In this document: in pieces, positions 13,749-22,294 of the stretch
How positions within the stretch are numbered: the first letter of the stretch is position 1
Layout of the letters: every line of letters begins with the position of its first letter
From: an uncultured Actinomycetes bacterium
GTDB taxonomy: Bacteria; Actinomycetota; Thermoleophilia; Solirubrobacterales; 70-9
Reading direction: 5' to 3'
Assembly (NCBI GenBank): GCA_963788115.1
Contig: CAWBFD010000002.1
Coordinates: forward strand, 1,003,109 to 1,027,108
DNA: 24,000 bases
Program-made: the position numbers and the translations under genes
Notes under the pieces: generated by a model
Seen by the model: only the letters and a program-made list of their open reading frames with translations
Told to the model about the DNA's origin: nothing
Databases searched by the model: none

Positions 13749-15842
13749 CTAGCGGGTCCGCGCGACCTCGGCCGCGAACCAGACCGAGAGCCCGCCGGCG
13801 ACGCTGCGCAGTGCCCGCGAGAGCCGGGGGTCGATCCGGTCGGATGCGCTTGCCTGCGTCGCGGCAACCCAGGTCAGACCCGCGCCCAGCCCGAGCGCCA
13901 CCGCGCGTCCTGCGCGCACGACTTTCTGCTCGAGCCGGGCCGAGGTGAACTTGACCTCGAGCTGCCGCCCCGGCCGGCCGCCGACGACGGTCGCCAGGCC
14001 GTCGGAGACCTGGCTTGCCCGGTAGCGCAGCCGCTCCACCTCGTAGATGATCTGCTGTGGATCCAGGCGCCCGGCCAGCCGCCGGGAGATGCTGCGCAGG
14101 AAGAAACGCCGCGCCTCCTCGATCGGGTCGAGCTCCGGGGCGAGCTCGGAAACCGCGCCGTCGACCTGGGCCAGCGCCTTGCCGACCATGACGAAAGCGG
14201 GCGGCAAGGGCACTCCGTGGCGAACCGAGATCGCCGTGAGCTGGTTGAGCAGCTCGACCAGGTTGAGATCTTGGAGTGGGCGACCACGGATCTCGGCGAC
14301 CACGGCCGCGATGTCGTTGCGATAGTCCTCGACATCGACGTCGGTGGCGTCCGCCACAGCACCCAGATCGAGCGAGACATCGGCGAGCAGATCGACGTCG
14401 CCCTGTGCGAAGGCGAGCAAAACGAGGAACAGCTGGCGGCGCGTCTGGCCCTCCAGGCGGCCGACCATGCCCAGGTCGAGCAGCCAGATCCTGTTGTCGG
14501 CCCAGAGCATGTTGCCCGGGTGGGGGTCGGCATGGAAGAAGCCGTCCTCGAGGACCTGCTTGTAGTAGGCCTGGATCAGCTGACGCGCCGCCTCGGTGCG
14601 TTCCGGGCCCTCCGGGGCATCGAGCAGCGGAACCGCGTCGACGATCTCATCCATGACCAACAGGCGCGCGGTCGAGAGCTCCCGGTGACAGCGCGGGACG
14701 CCGATGCGGTCATAGCCGGCGACGATCTCGCCCATGCGGACCATGTTGCGCGCCTCCTCGCCGAAGTCGAGCTCGTCGCGAAGCGCGCTCGAAACCTGCT
14801 GGGCGAGCGACGGGATGTCGATGATCCGGTTTAACCGCTGCGAGCGCGACGCAGGCCTGATGATCATCTCGAGCAGCGCGAGGTCGTTCTCGACCACCTC
14901 CTCGGCCTCGGGGCGCTGGACTTTGACCACCACGCGGTGGCCGTCGGCCATTCGCGCCCGATGCACCTGGGCGATCGTCCCTGCGGCGAGCGGCTCGGGA
15001 TCGAGCGAGGAGAAGACGTCCTCCCAGGGAACGGCGAGCTCGCGCTCCATCATCGACACGACCTCCGCCTCGGACATCGGCGGAACGTCCGACTGCAGGG
15101 CGGCGAGCTCGGCGACGTACTCCTCGGAGATCAGGTCGGGACGCGTCGAGAGGACCTGGCCGAGCTTGCCGAAGGTCGGTCCCAGACTCTCGAACGCCTC
15201 CCGCAGCCGCCGCGGCCCGTCCGGGTCACCCTCGAGGCGGAGCAGCCGCCCGGAGAGCTGGCGGATCCCGACCGGACCGAGGACGCGGCTGATCTCGCGC
15301 GCCCGGGCGTGCAGCCGACCCGAGTCGAGGGTTCCCTCGGACGCCGGCTCGCCGGTGGTCGTGTTGACGACCACCACCGTGCAGTCGGCGAGATGGGTGA
15401 CGCGATTGGCGATGTTGCCGAGCAGGAACTGCTTGCGACCGCGCATACCCGAGCTGCCGACGACGACGACGTCGGCGTCGGCCTCTCGGGCGGCGGCGAG
15501 GATCACCGTTGCCACGTCCTCGCCCGACTCGACCACGGCGCGGGCGCGGATCCCGTCGGTGGGCAGGGAGCGCTCGAGCGCCGCGCGCAGCCGCGCATGC
15601 GCGGCCTCGTCCGGGGCCGGTGCGGCCGGCTCCGACCCGGCCTCTGGTACGCCGTTCTCGGCGGCGGCATCCATCGCAACCGATTCGGGCTTCGAGGCGG
15701 GCTTGACCACCTGGATCGCGAGCAGCTCCGCGCCCGTCGACCTGGCAAAGCTCGCCGCCCATTCGACCGCGAGCGCGGCTCCGGCGCTGCCGTCGGTAGC
15801 TACCGCGACCAGGCTCGTTTCTGCACCCATCGAAGCGAGCAT
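13749..15842 (-). CDS. Universal-stress-protein domain fused to an ABC1/UbiB-family atypical kinase, with two C-terminal TM helices
   Basis: USP part: LVAVATDGSAGAALAVEWA...DVVVVGSSGMRGRKQFLLGNIANRVTHLADCTVVVV. UbiB part: LGPTFGKLGQVLSTRPDLISEEYVAELAALQSDVPP, AAGTIAQVHRARM, VVVKVQRP, DELDFGEEARN, FFHADPHPGNMLW. Start set at ATG 15842 (ATG 15830 is also possible). The ORF extension to 16049 is R-rich and overlaps the upstream gene. Confidence 0.85.
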   Translation of the reverse strand: MLASMGAETSLVAVATDGSAGAALAVEWAASFARSTGAELLAIQVVKPASKPESVAMDAAAENGVPEAGSEPAAPAPDEAAHARLRAALERSLPTDGIRARAVVESGEDVATVILAAAREADADVVVVGSSGMRGRKQFLLGNIANRVTHLADCTVVVVNTTTGEPASEGTLDSGRLHARAREISRVLGPVGIRQLSGRLLRLEGDPDGPRRLREAFESLGPTFGKLGQVLSTRPDLISEEYVAELAALQSDVPPMSEAEVVSMMERELAVPWEDVFSSLDPEPLAAGTIAQVHRARMADGHRVVVKVQRPEAEEVVENDLALLEMIIRPASRSQRLNRIIDIPSLAQQVSSALRDELDFGEEARNMVRMGEIVAGYDRIGVPRCHRELSTARLLVMDEIVDAVPLLDAPEGPERTEAARQLIQAYYKQVLEDGFFHADPHPGNMLWADNRIWLLDLGMVGRLEGQTRRQLFLVLLAFAQGDVDLLADVSLDLGAVADATDVDVEDYRNDIAAVVAEIRGRPLQDLNLVELLNQLTAISVRHGVPLPPAFVMVGKALAQVDGAVSELAPELDPIEEARRFFLRSISRRLAGRLDPQQIIYEVERLRYRASQVSDGLATVVGGRPGRQLEVKFTSARLEQKVVRAGRAVALGLGAGLTWVAATQASASDRIDPRLSRALRSVAGGLSVWFAAEVARTR

Positions 15843-16005
15843 AGGTCGGCTGCGGGGCGGGCGCAATAACGGGCGGTCCGTGGGCGCGGCTGGTTCCGAA
15901 GCAACGACCTCTCGCGTGTGACTCGTCCGCGGAGGCAGCGAGACGTGATTACTGAGGATCGGGCGTTCTTGGTCGGCCAGGAGTCGATGAGCGGCCGCCG
16001 CAAGC

Positions 16006-16548
16006 CTACGGCCGGAAGACCGCCTGCGCCGAGCCGTCAGGGAACCCACTCGGGAGGCGCCGGAAGGCGGCGAGCAGCCGCCCCGCGATCGCGACCGCGA
16101 ACCCGAATACCGCGGCGAGCACCACGGCCTCCGCCGGCCCGTCGCTGCGGATCAGCGCCAGCCCCGCGATCGCGGCCGCGAGCACGATGAGCACGACGCA
16201 GACGCCGCGGTGGAATCGCCCCGCTTCGGAGTGCGGCCACGGATCGAGCGCGCGTGTGATCTGGCGCCCGCGCTCGGAGTCCGTGCACTCGGGCTTCGCG
16301 GGGCAGGCGTTGCAGACGGCCGGGCGGGCGCGATAATGGGCGAGGCGCCGGCTGTGATCGGTGTCGATCCGGTGCAGCTCCTGGCCCTCCGGGCATTCCC
16401 AGAGGTCGAGGTCGGGCCGGAAGGTGAACCCCGCGGTGCGGTAGCGAGCGCTGCGGCGGTGCGAATGGCGCGCGAGTAGGTCGAGCCCGGTCGCGGCGAG
16501 CATCAGGAACACCGCGTAGCCGGTGGCGAGGATGGCCTCGGCGCTCAT
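16006..16548 (-). CDS. Membrane protein with a four-Cys zinc-ribbon-like module; unknown function, translationally coupled to the NO reductase gene
   Basis: 180 aa. ATG 16548 overlaps the norB stop (ATGA). One N-terminal and two C-terminal hydrophobic helices flank FTFRPDLDLWECPEGQELHRIDTDHSRRLAHYRARPAVCNACPAKPECTDSERGRQITR (C-x26-C-x2-C-x5-C). Confidence 0.7.
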   Translation of the reverse strand: MSAEAILATGYAVFLMLAATGLDLLARHSHRRSARYRTAGFTFRPDLDLWECPEGQELHRIDTDHSRRLAHYRARPAVCNACPAKPECTDSERGRQITRALDPWPHSEAGRFHRGVCVVLIVLAAAIAGLALIRSDGPAEAVVLAAVFGFAVAIAGRLLAAFRRLPSGFPDGSAQAVFRP

Positions 16549-18881
16549 CGCGGGGGTTCTGAGGCTCGCATCTGGGTGACGGCCGCCGCGGTCTCGGGGG
16601 CCGGTGCGGTGATCTCGGTGAACAGGACCTCGGCGTCCTCGGGAGTGGTGCGCTTGACGCGGTGGCGGACGCCGAGGTAGCAGATGTAGAGCAGCGGCAA
16701 GACGCCGCCGGCGATGAAGAGAATGTCACCGGGCAGGCGGATCCATTCGATCAGCGAGTTCGTGTCGTTGGTGAGGAACTCGAGCGAGCGGGCCTGGTAG
16801 TAGCCGGCGTCGACCGACTCATAGAGCTGGATCAACCCGAGCGGGAGGAGGGTCGCGAACGTCATCCAAGCCAGCCCGATGTTGAGCGACCAGAAACTGA
16901 TCTTGGCGAGCCGATCCGGCCATCGGTCATCGGGGATCAGGTATCGCAGGCAGAACAGCGCCAGGCCGACGGCGAGCATTCCGTAGACGCCCATCATCGC
17001 CGCGTGGCCGTGGTTGGCCGTCAGCGCGGTCCCGATCTCGTAGTAGGAGACGATCGGCAGGTTGATCAGGAAGCCGAAGATCCCGGCGCCGAGGAAGTTC
17101 CAAAACCCCACCGCGACCAAGAACATCACGGCCCAGCGGTGCGGGAAGGGAGTCGCCGAGCGGCCCTCCTGACGCGCGCCGAGCTGGAGGAAGCTCCACG
17201 CCTCGACGGTCAGGAAGGTGAGCGGGATCACCTCGGCGGCCGAGAACACGGCCCCCAGGGCCATGTGCTCGGCGGGCTCACCGGAGAAGTAGAGGTGGTG
17301 CATCGTCCCGATCACCCCGCCCACCGAGTACAGGAGGATGTCGAGGAAGACGACGGTCAGGGCGACCCGCTCGCGCACCACGCCGAGCAGGACGAACACG
17401 TACGCGACCATCACCGTGGTGAACAGCTCGAGGAAGTCCTCGACCCACAGGTGCACCACCCAGAAGCGCCAGAAGTCGGTGACCGTGAAGCTGTCACCCT
17501 GGCGGGCGATCAGCCCGACCGCGTAGAACGCGGGGATCGCGAGCGCCGCGAAGAAGAACAGCCACGGCAGGTTGCCCCGGCTCTCGCGCGCGAGCCGCCC
17601 ACGCAGCGCCCGGAAGATGATCGCCGCCCAGAAGAACAGCCCGATCACGAGCAGGACCTGCCAGAAGCGCCCGAGGTCGAGGTACTCGAAGCCCTGGAGG
17701 CCGAAGATGGAGCCCTCGTCCCCGAACCAGCCGTGCACGCCGCCGAACTCACCGATCAGGCTGCCGAAGACGACGATCGCCAGCGCTGCGAGAAGCCCGT
17801 AGGCGAGCCAGTGCTGTCGCCGCGGCTCGCGCCCCGTGATCATCGGCGCGAGGAAGATCCCGGCCGCGAGGAACGACGTCGAGACGAAGAAGATCGCGAG
17901 CTGGACGTGGAAGGTGCGAGCGAGGTTGAAGGGGAGGACCTGGGCCAGGTCGATCCCGAAGAAGTCGCCGAGTTCGGCCCGGTAGTGCTGTGAGGCGGCG
18001 CCGACCATCGTCTGGATCAGGAACAGCGCCGCCATCACGAGGAAGAACCAAGCGCAGGCCTTCTGCGCGGGGGTCAGCGCAACCTCCCCGGGTCGGCGGA
18101 AGGTGAGCGTGGCCTGCTCGCGCCCGTGCCAGCCGAGGACGTTCCAGCGCCCGAAGGCTGCGAACAGCAGGCCGATGCCGCCGAGCAGCGCGATCAGCGA
18201 GACGACGCTCCAGAGCACGACGTTCGCCGTCGGGCCGTTGTCGACCAGCTCCTCGGGCGGCCAGTTGTTCGTATACGAGTAGTTGTGGCCCGGCCGGCGT
18301 GCCGCCGCTGCCCACGCCGACCATGAGAAGAAGGCGGTCAGCTCGTGCGCTTGCTCCGGATTGTCGATCGCGTCGGGCCGCAGCCCCTGGTCGGTCGTCG
18401 GGTTCGAGAAGTAGTCCGCGTAGTGGCGCTCGAGCTCCGCGAACGCTTCGGCCTGCGGTCCGGTATAGGTGAGGGTGTCGGTCTGCTCGTCGTAGCGATT
18501 CGCCTGGAACTCGGCGATCGTCTGCTCGCGGGCCCGGTCGGACCCGCCCTCGCGGTATTGGCGCTCGACCGATTCCGCGGCGCGATGGAGGTAGTCGGCC
18601 GTGTAGTCGGGCCCGAGGTAGGCGCCGTGGCCGAAGATCGAGCCGTACTCCATCAGCCCGTTGTTCAGGAAGACCTTCTGGCCGCGGCTGACGTCCTCGC
18701 CGGTGAAGAGGGTCTGGCCCTCGGGGTCGACCACGCGCTCGGGGATCGGGGGGTCGGCGCTGTAGGTCCTGTAAGCGAGGAGGCCGAGGACGAAGAAGCC
18801 GAGGAGGAAGACGACGATCGAAGCCTGGACCCAGGTCTTCGAGACCAGGAGCTCCCGCCGTCGCGGGCTCTCGTCCGCCAT
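16545..18881 (-). CDS. norB: Quinol-dependent nitric-oxide reductase (qNOR), large fused subunit
   Basis: 778 aa, the size typical of qNOR. There is an N-terminal TM helix plus periplasmic extension, then a heme-copper-oxidase-like 12-TM core with His ligand motifs (HVQLAIFF, WVVHLWVE, GTMHHLYFSG, HGHAAMMGVYG). Confidence 0.93.
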   Translation of the reverse strand: MADESPRRRELLVSKTWVQASIVVFLLGFFVLGLLAYRTYSADPPIPERVVDPEGQTLFTGEDVSRGQKVFLNNGLMEYGSIFGHGAYLGPDYTADYLHRAAESVERQYREGGSDRAREQTIAEFQANRYDEQTDTLTYTGPQAEAFAELERHYADYFSNPTTDQGLRPDAIDNPEQAHELTAFFSWSAWAAAARRPGHNYSYTNNWPPEELVDNGPTANVVLWSVVSLIALLGGIGLLFAAFGRWNVLGWHGREQATLTFRRPGEVALTPAQKACAWFFLVMAALFLIQTMVGAASQHYRAELGDFFGIDLAQVLPFNLARTFHVQLAIFFVSTSFLAAGIFLAPMITGREPRRQHWLAYGLLAALAIVVFGSLIGEFGGVHGWFGDEGSIFGLQGFEYLDLGRFWQVLLVIGLFFWAAIIFRALRGRLARESRGNLPWLFFFAALAIPAFYAVGLIARQGDSFTVTDFWRFWVVHLWVEDFLELFTTVMVAYVFVLLGVVRERVALTVVFLDILLYSVGGVIGTMHHLYFSGEPAEHMALGAVFSAAEVIPLTFLTVEAWSFLQLGARQEGRSATPFPHRWAVMFLVAVGFWNFLGAGIFGFLINLPIVSYYEIGTALTANHGHAAMMGVYGMLAVGLALFCLRYLIPDDRWPDRLAKISFWSLNIGLAWMTFATLLPLGLIQLYESVDAGYYQARSLEFLTNDTNSLIEWIRLPGDILFIAGGVLPLLYICYLGVRHRVKRTTPEDAEVLFTEITAPAPETAAAVTQMRASEPPR

Positions 18882-18916
18882 TGCGGCCGCGATGTATCAC
18901 AAAGGGTCGACTCGGG

Positions 18917-19351
18917 TCAGGCGGCCTCGGCCGCCGAGAGCCGGCGGCCGAGCGAGGCGAGCGCGTCCGGCTCGAGGGTGCGCTCGATGAGCGGGAAGAG
19001 CACGCGCTCCTCGTGGCGGACGTGCGCGGCGAGCCGCTTCCCGAGCTCGTGCAGGCCGGCCAGATTCAGCTCGCCCGCGGCCAGGCGGGCCATCCGCTCG
19101 CGGATCCAGACGTGATCGGTGAGCACGGTCACGACGGCATCGTCGGTCGGGTCGCCGACGGCGGCGAACGCGGGCAGCAGTACCTCCTCCTCGATCCGGA
19201 AGTGCTTGGCGCCGTGCTCATCCCAGAACATGAGGACGCCGTCTCGCACCTCGGCGAGGTCGTCGGCGCTCGCCCGCTGCATCAGCATCGCGCGGTAGAG
19301 GGCTTGATGGTGGTCGTGCGAGAGCTCTACCAGCGCTTGGTCCCGCTTCAT
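18917..19351 (-). CDS. Hemerythrin (HHE cation-binding) domain protein, NorA/ScdA/YtfE-like di-iron protein
   Basis: 144 aa from ATG 19351. His/Glu-rich helices: LSHDHHQAL, WDEHGAKHFRIEEEVLLP, HVRHEERVLFPLIE. It lies 35 nt upstream of the qNOR gene. The upstream ORF extension to 19783 is Arg-rich and not protein-like. Confidence 0.8.
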   Translation of the reverse strand: MKRDQALVELSHDHHQALYRAMLMQRASADDLAEVRDGVLMFWDEHGAKHFRIEEEVLLPAFAAVGDPTDDAVVTVLTDHVWIRERMARLAAGELNLAGLHELGKRLAAHVRHEERVLFPLIERTLEPDALASLGRRLSAAEAA

Positions 19352-19712
19352 CCGCCCAACCGTAGATTGTTGGTCATCCCTCCGGCGGGCGACCACAAGC
19401 CCAGCGCGCCAGCCCAATGCGCGTCCCCCCGCAGGGGCGGGAGCGACTCGGCGTCGATGCCGCTGCGCGCGATCACCCACGAGATCACCGAGTGTCCACA
19501 CCTCGCCGGTGCGAGTTCGTCCCGACCCCCAAACGGGAGTCGGGACCTCGGGGACGAGATCGAGCACGCGCCGCGCGAGGCGTTCGTCGGCCGTCAGCCG
19601 CCGGGGCTGTCGACGGGCCCGCAGCAATTTCCCGTAGCACGCCGGCCTAGTCCAGACGGGAGCCGAGGCGGGTCTTGCGAAGGCGCGGCCATCGCCTTGC
19701 CATGATCGGCCA

Positions 19713-20360
19713 ATGGCGAACGACGAATCGGGCCCGGGCGCCCGTGAGCGGCTGCTGGGACGGGCGATCAACGACGTCGTCACCCACGCTCCATGGCTGT
19801 GGCCGCTGCTCCGCGCGCCCGTGCGCCGCGCCTTCGCCGCCAGGGCGCGCGGGTGGGATGAGAGACCGAGGGCGCGGGCCCCTGACTATCTGACCCCGCT
19901 GGCAACGGCCGTCCTTCACGTCAGCCCCCAGCCGGAGCGGGCGCTCGAGGTCGGCTGTGGCACCGGCGTCGGCGCCCTGTTCCTGGCCCGGGAGTTCCCC
20001 CAGGCGCGGGTGCGCGGCGTCGACCTCTCCGAGGAGATGATCGCGGAGGCGCGGGCGAAGACCGGCCTCGATCCCGAGGGGCGGATCGCATTCAGGGTCG
20101 CCGATGCGGCGGCACTTCCATACGAGGATGAGTCGTTCGACCTCGTTGCGCACCTGAACATGCCGCCGTTCTTCGCCGAGGTCGCTCGGGTGCTGCGACC
20201 GGGCGGCCACGCGATCGTCGCCGCGAGCTTCGGCGCCGGGACCCCGTTCTATACGCCGGCGAGCGTACTGGAGCGCGGATTTGAGAGGGCGGGCCTGGCC
20301 ACGGTCGAGGCGGGCGAGGCGGGCGCGGGGACGTACTACGTCGCTCAGCTGCCCGCCTGA
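19713..20360 (+). CDS. Class I SAM-dependent methyltransferase (Methyltransf_11-like)
   Basis: Motif I is ALEVGCGTGVGALFLA, followed by RGVDLSEEMIAEAR, FRVADAAALPYEDESFDLV and LRPGGHAIV. Confidence 0.85.
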   Translation: MANDESGPGARERLLGRAINDVVTHAPWLWPLLRAPVRRAFAARARGWDERPRARAPDYLTPLATAVLHVSPQPERALEVGCGTGVGALFLAREFPQARVRGVDLSEEMIAEARAKTGLDPEGRIAFRVADAAALPYEDESFDLVAHLNMPPFFAEVARVLRPGGHAIVAASFGAGTPFYTPASVLERGFERAGLATVEAGEAGAGTYYVAQLPA

Positions 20361-20400
20361 GAGCGGGCGCCGGTCGCGCCGGCCCGCCACACTGAGGGGA

Positions 20401-20826
20401 ATGAGCCGAGCGGTCGAGGAGTCCAACCGCCACATGCTTCGCGCCCGCGACGCGATGGACCGAGACTACGCCAAGCCCCTCGACATCCCGACGCTCGCGC
20501 GGATCGCGTACGTCTCCGAGGCGCACTTCATCCGCGTCTTTCGTGCCACCTTCGGCGAGACGCCGCACCGCTACCTCCAGCGCCGCCGGGTGGAGCGGGC
20601 GATGTTCCTCCTCAGGGAGACCGACCGCAGCGTGACCGAGATCTGCTTCGACGTCGGGTTCTCCAGCCTCGGCACCTTCAGCCGCACGTTCACCGAGATC
20701 GTCGGCGAGCCGCCGACCACCTACCGGTGGCGGGCGGCGGACCTCAGGGCGGTTCCGGCCTGCTTCGCCAAGGCGTGGACCAGACCGAGCAGTTTTGGAG
20801 AAGCGAGAGCGCGCCGCGGGGGTTAG
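20401..20826 (+). CDS. AraC-family HTH transcriptional regulator (DNA-binding domain only type)
   Basis: From ATG 20401: LDIPTLARIAYVSEAHFIRVFRATFGETPHRYLQRRRVERAMFLLRETDRSVTEICFDVGFSSLGTFSRTFTEIVGEPP is the double HTH_18 signature. Confidence 0.85.
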   Translation: MSRAVEESNRHMLRARDAMDRDYAKPLDIPTLARIAYVSEAHFIRVFRATFGETPHRYLQRRRVERAMFLLRETDRSVTEICFDVGFSSLGTFSRTFTEIVGEPPTTYRWRAADLRAVPACFAKAWTRPSSFGEARARRGG

Positions 20827-20836
20827 CCTCGGCGAC

Positions 20837-21295
20837 ATGCCAAACAAAATCACTCATACACAGGTCTATGTACTCGATCAGGACGAGGCGCTCGACTTCT
20901 ACGTCGGCAAGCTCGGCTTCGAGGTCAACACCGATGCCGATCTCGGCTTCATGCGCTGGCTCACGGTCAACTTCCCCGGTCAGCCCGACCTCGAGCTGCT
21001 GCTGGAGAGGCCCGGCCCGCCCGCCCACGACGACGCCACCGCGGAGCAGATCCGCGAGCTGGTGACCAAGGGGGCGATGGGCATGGCCGGCATCATTGCC
21101 GTGGACGACATCCACAAGACCTACGAGGAGCTGCGCGCCAAGGGAGTCGAGTTCACCGAGGAGCCCACCGAGCGGTTCTACGGAACCGACTGCGGCCTGC
21201 GCGACCCGTTCGGCAACCCGCTGCGGATCGGCACGCCGAAGGAGGACTACGAGGTCCCCGACCCGGCCGAGGTCGCGGCGGACAACTGGTCCTGA
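20837..21295 (+). CDS. VOC (glyoxalase/bleomycin-resistance/dioxygenase) family protein
   Basis: From ATG 20837: ITHTQVYVLDQDEALDFYVGKLGFEV...VDDIHKTYEELRAKGVEFTEEPTERFYGTDCGLRDPFGNPLRI is a typical VOC fold sequence. It starts 10 nt after the AraC gene, a common pairing. Confidence 0.9.
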   Translation: MPNKITHTQVYVLDQDEALDFYVGKLGFEVNTDADLGFMRWLTVNFPGQPDLELLLERPGPPAHDDATAEQIRELVTKGAMGMAGIIAVDDIHKTYEELRAKGVEFTEEPTERFYGTDCGLRDPFGNPLRIGTPKEDYEVPDPAEVAADNWS

Positions 21296-21313
21296 GATAG
21301 CTCCAGATAGCTC
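21295..21313. repeat. Tandem direct repeat AGATAGCTC x2 (10-nt period)
   Basis: Read directly: agatagctc at 21295-21303 and 21305-21313, beginning at the last base of the VOC stop codon. Confidence 0.5.
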
Positions 21314-21316
21314 ACG

Positions 21317-21337
21317 CGCGCCGCTGCTAGCGGCGCG
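21317..21337 (+). terminator. GC-rich hairpin downstream of the VOC gene (9-bp stem, 3-nt loop), no U-tract
   Basis: cgcgccgct (21317-21325), gct, agcggcgcg (21329-21337) are perfectly complementary, 22 nt after the stop codon. Confidence 0.45.
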
Positions 21338-21447
21338 GCCTAAAGCGATCGGATCGCCAGACCGATATCCGTAAGCGACAGTCCCAGCCAGCGCTCGGCT
21401 GGGAGAGGGGACGTGGGCCGGCTGGCCGCTGAGGGGAGGAATCACGG

Positions 21448-22080
21448 ATGTTCGACCGGTTGCGCCACAGGCTCACCTACGCGAACGTCATGTCGACGAT
21501 CGCCGTCTTCGGGGTGCTTGCGGGCGGCGGCGCGTACGCGGCCTCGACGATCGGTCCGGAGGACATCAAGACGAACGCGGTGCGCTCGCCGCACATAAAG
21601 TCGGGCGAGGTCAAGACACCGGACCTCGCCAACGGTGCGGTGACGACCGGGAAGCTCGCGCCATCGCTCGATCTCTCCGGACCGGTGACCGAGGTTCTTC
21701 CCTATCCGCTCGTGAACAACAACTGCGGCCTCGGGCGAACCGGCGAGTTCTGCGGTCGCGGCACGAACCCCCAGATCGAAACGATCCGCGCGTGGAGGAA
21801 CCACGAGGACGGCCACGCTCCCGCCGGCTTCTTCAAGGACCGTGCCGGGCTCGTGCACCTGGAGGGAAGCGTCGAGGTGACGGTCCCTCCCGACCCGGCC
21901 GACTTCACGATCTTCATCCTGCCGCCGGCCTTCCGACCGAGCGCGGCTCACGTATTTCCCGTCTACGACGCGTCGGCGAACGGCCAGTTCGTGACCGTAC
22001 GCGCGGATGGTCAAGTCGTGAGCAGCGACCGAGGGACAACCCACCTGTCCCTGGACGGCATCGCGTTCCGTGCCGGATAG
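21448..22080 (+). CDS. Signal-anchored/secreted protein of unknown function
   Basis: GGAGGA lies 7 nt upstream of ATG 21448. The N-terminus RLTYANVMSTIAVFGVLAGGGAYAA is a signal or anchor segment, followed by short I..NAV / NGAVTTGKLA repeats and a beta-rich C-terminal region. I recognise no domain. Confidence 0.7.
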   Translation: MFDRLRHRLTYANVMSTIAVFGVLAGGGAYAASTIGPEDIKTNAVRSPHIKSGEVKTPDLANGAVTTGKLAPSLDLSGPVTEVLPYPLVNNNCGLGRTGEFCGRGTNPQIETIRAWRNHEDGHAPAGFFKDRAGLVHLEGSVEVTVPPDPADFTIFILPPAFRPSAAHVFPVYDASANGQFVTVRADGQVVSSDRGTTHLSLDGIAFRAG

Positions 22081-22294
22081 ACCGATGAGGCAGCGAACGA
22101 TGACCGCGGCCGCGGTGGGCACCGGTCTCGCCATTACCGGGAGCTCCGTGGCGGCCGGGGCGGTCGACACCGTCGGGACCAATAGGCCCTGACCCGCGCG
22201 TGAGACCCGACGTGCTGGCGCGATCGCGCCTGCGATGATCGGCCCCCCCAGCGCTCGGCCGTGAGCGAGTCAAACCGCGAGGAAAGGCGAGTCG

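Noticed and set aside
15843-16049. Upstream extension of the USP::UbiB ORF to 16049.
   Set aside because: It is Arg/Pro-rich and overlaps the 3' end of the preceding Cys-rich protein gene by 44 nt. The USP domain starts just after ATG 15842/15830.
19352-19783. N-terminal extension of the hemerythrin ORF (288 aa version starting at GTG 19783).
   Set aside because: The extension is Arg-rich, not protein-like, and would overlap the divergent methyltransferase start. The hemerythrin domain begins right at ATG 19351.
22085-22192. 35-codon ORF after the 210-aa gene, considered as an independent small-protein gene.
   Set aside because: It is too short, has no SD and is not extendable in any frame. 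It is mentioned only as a possible truncated remnant.
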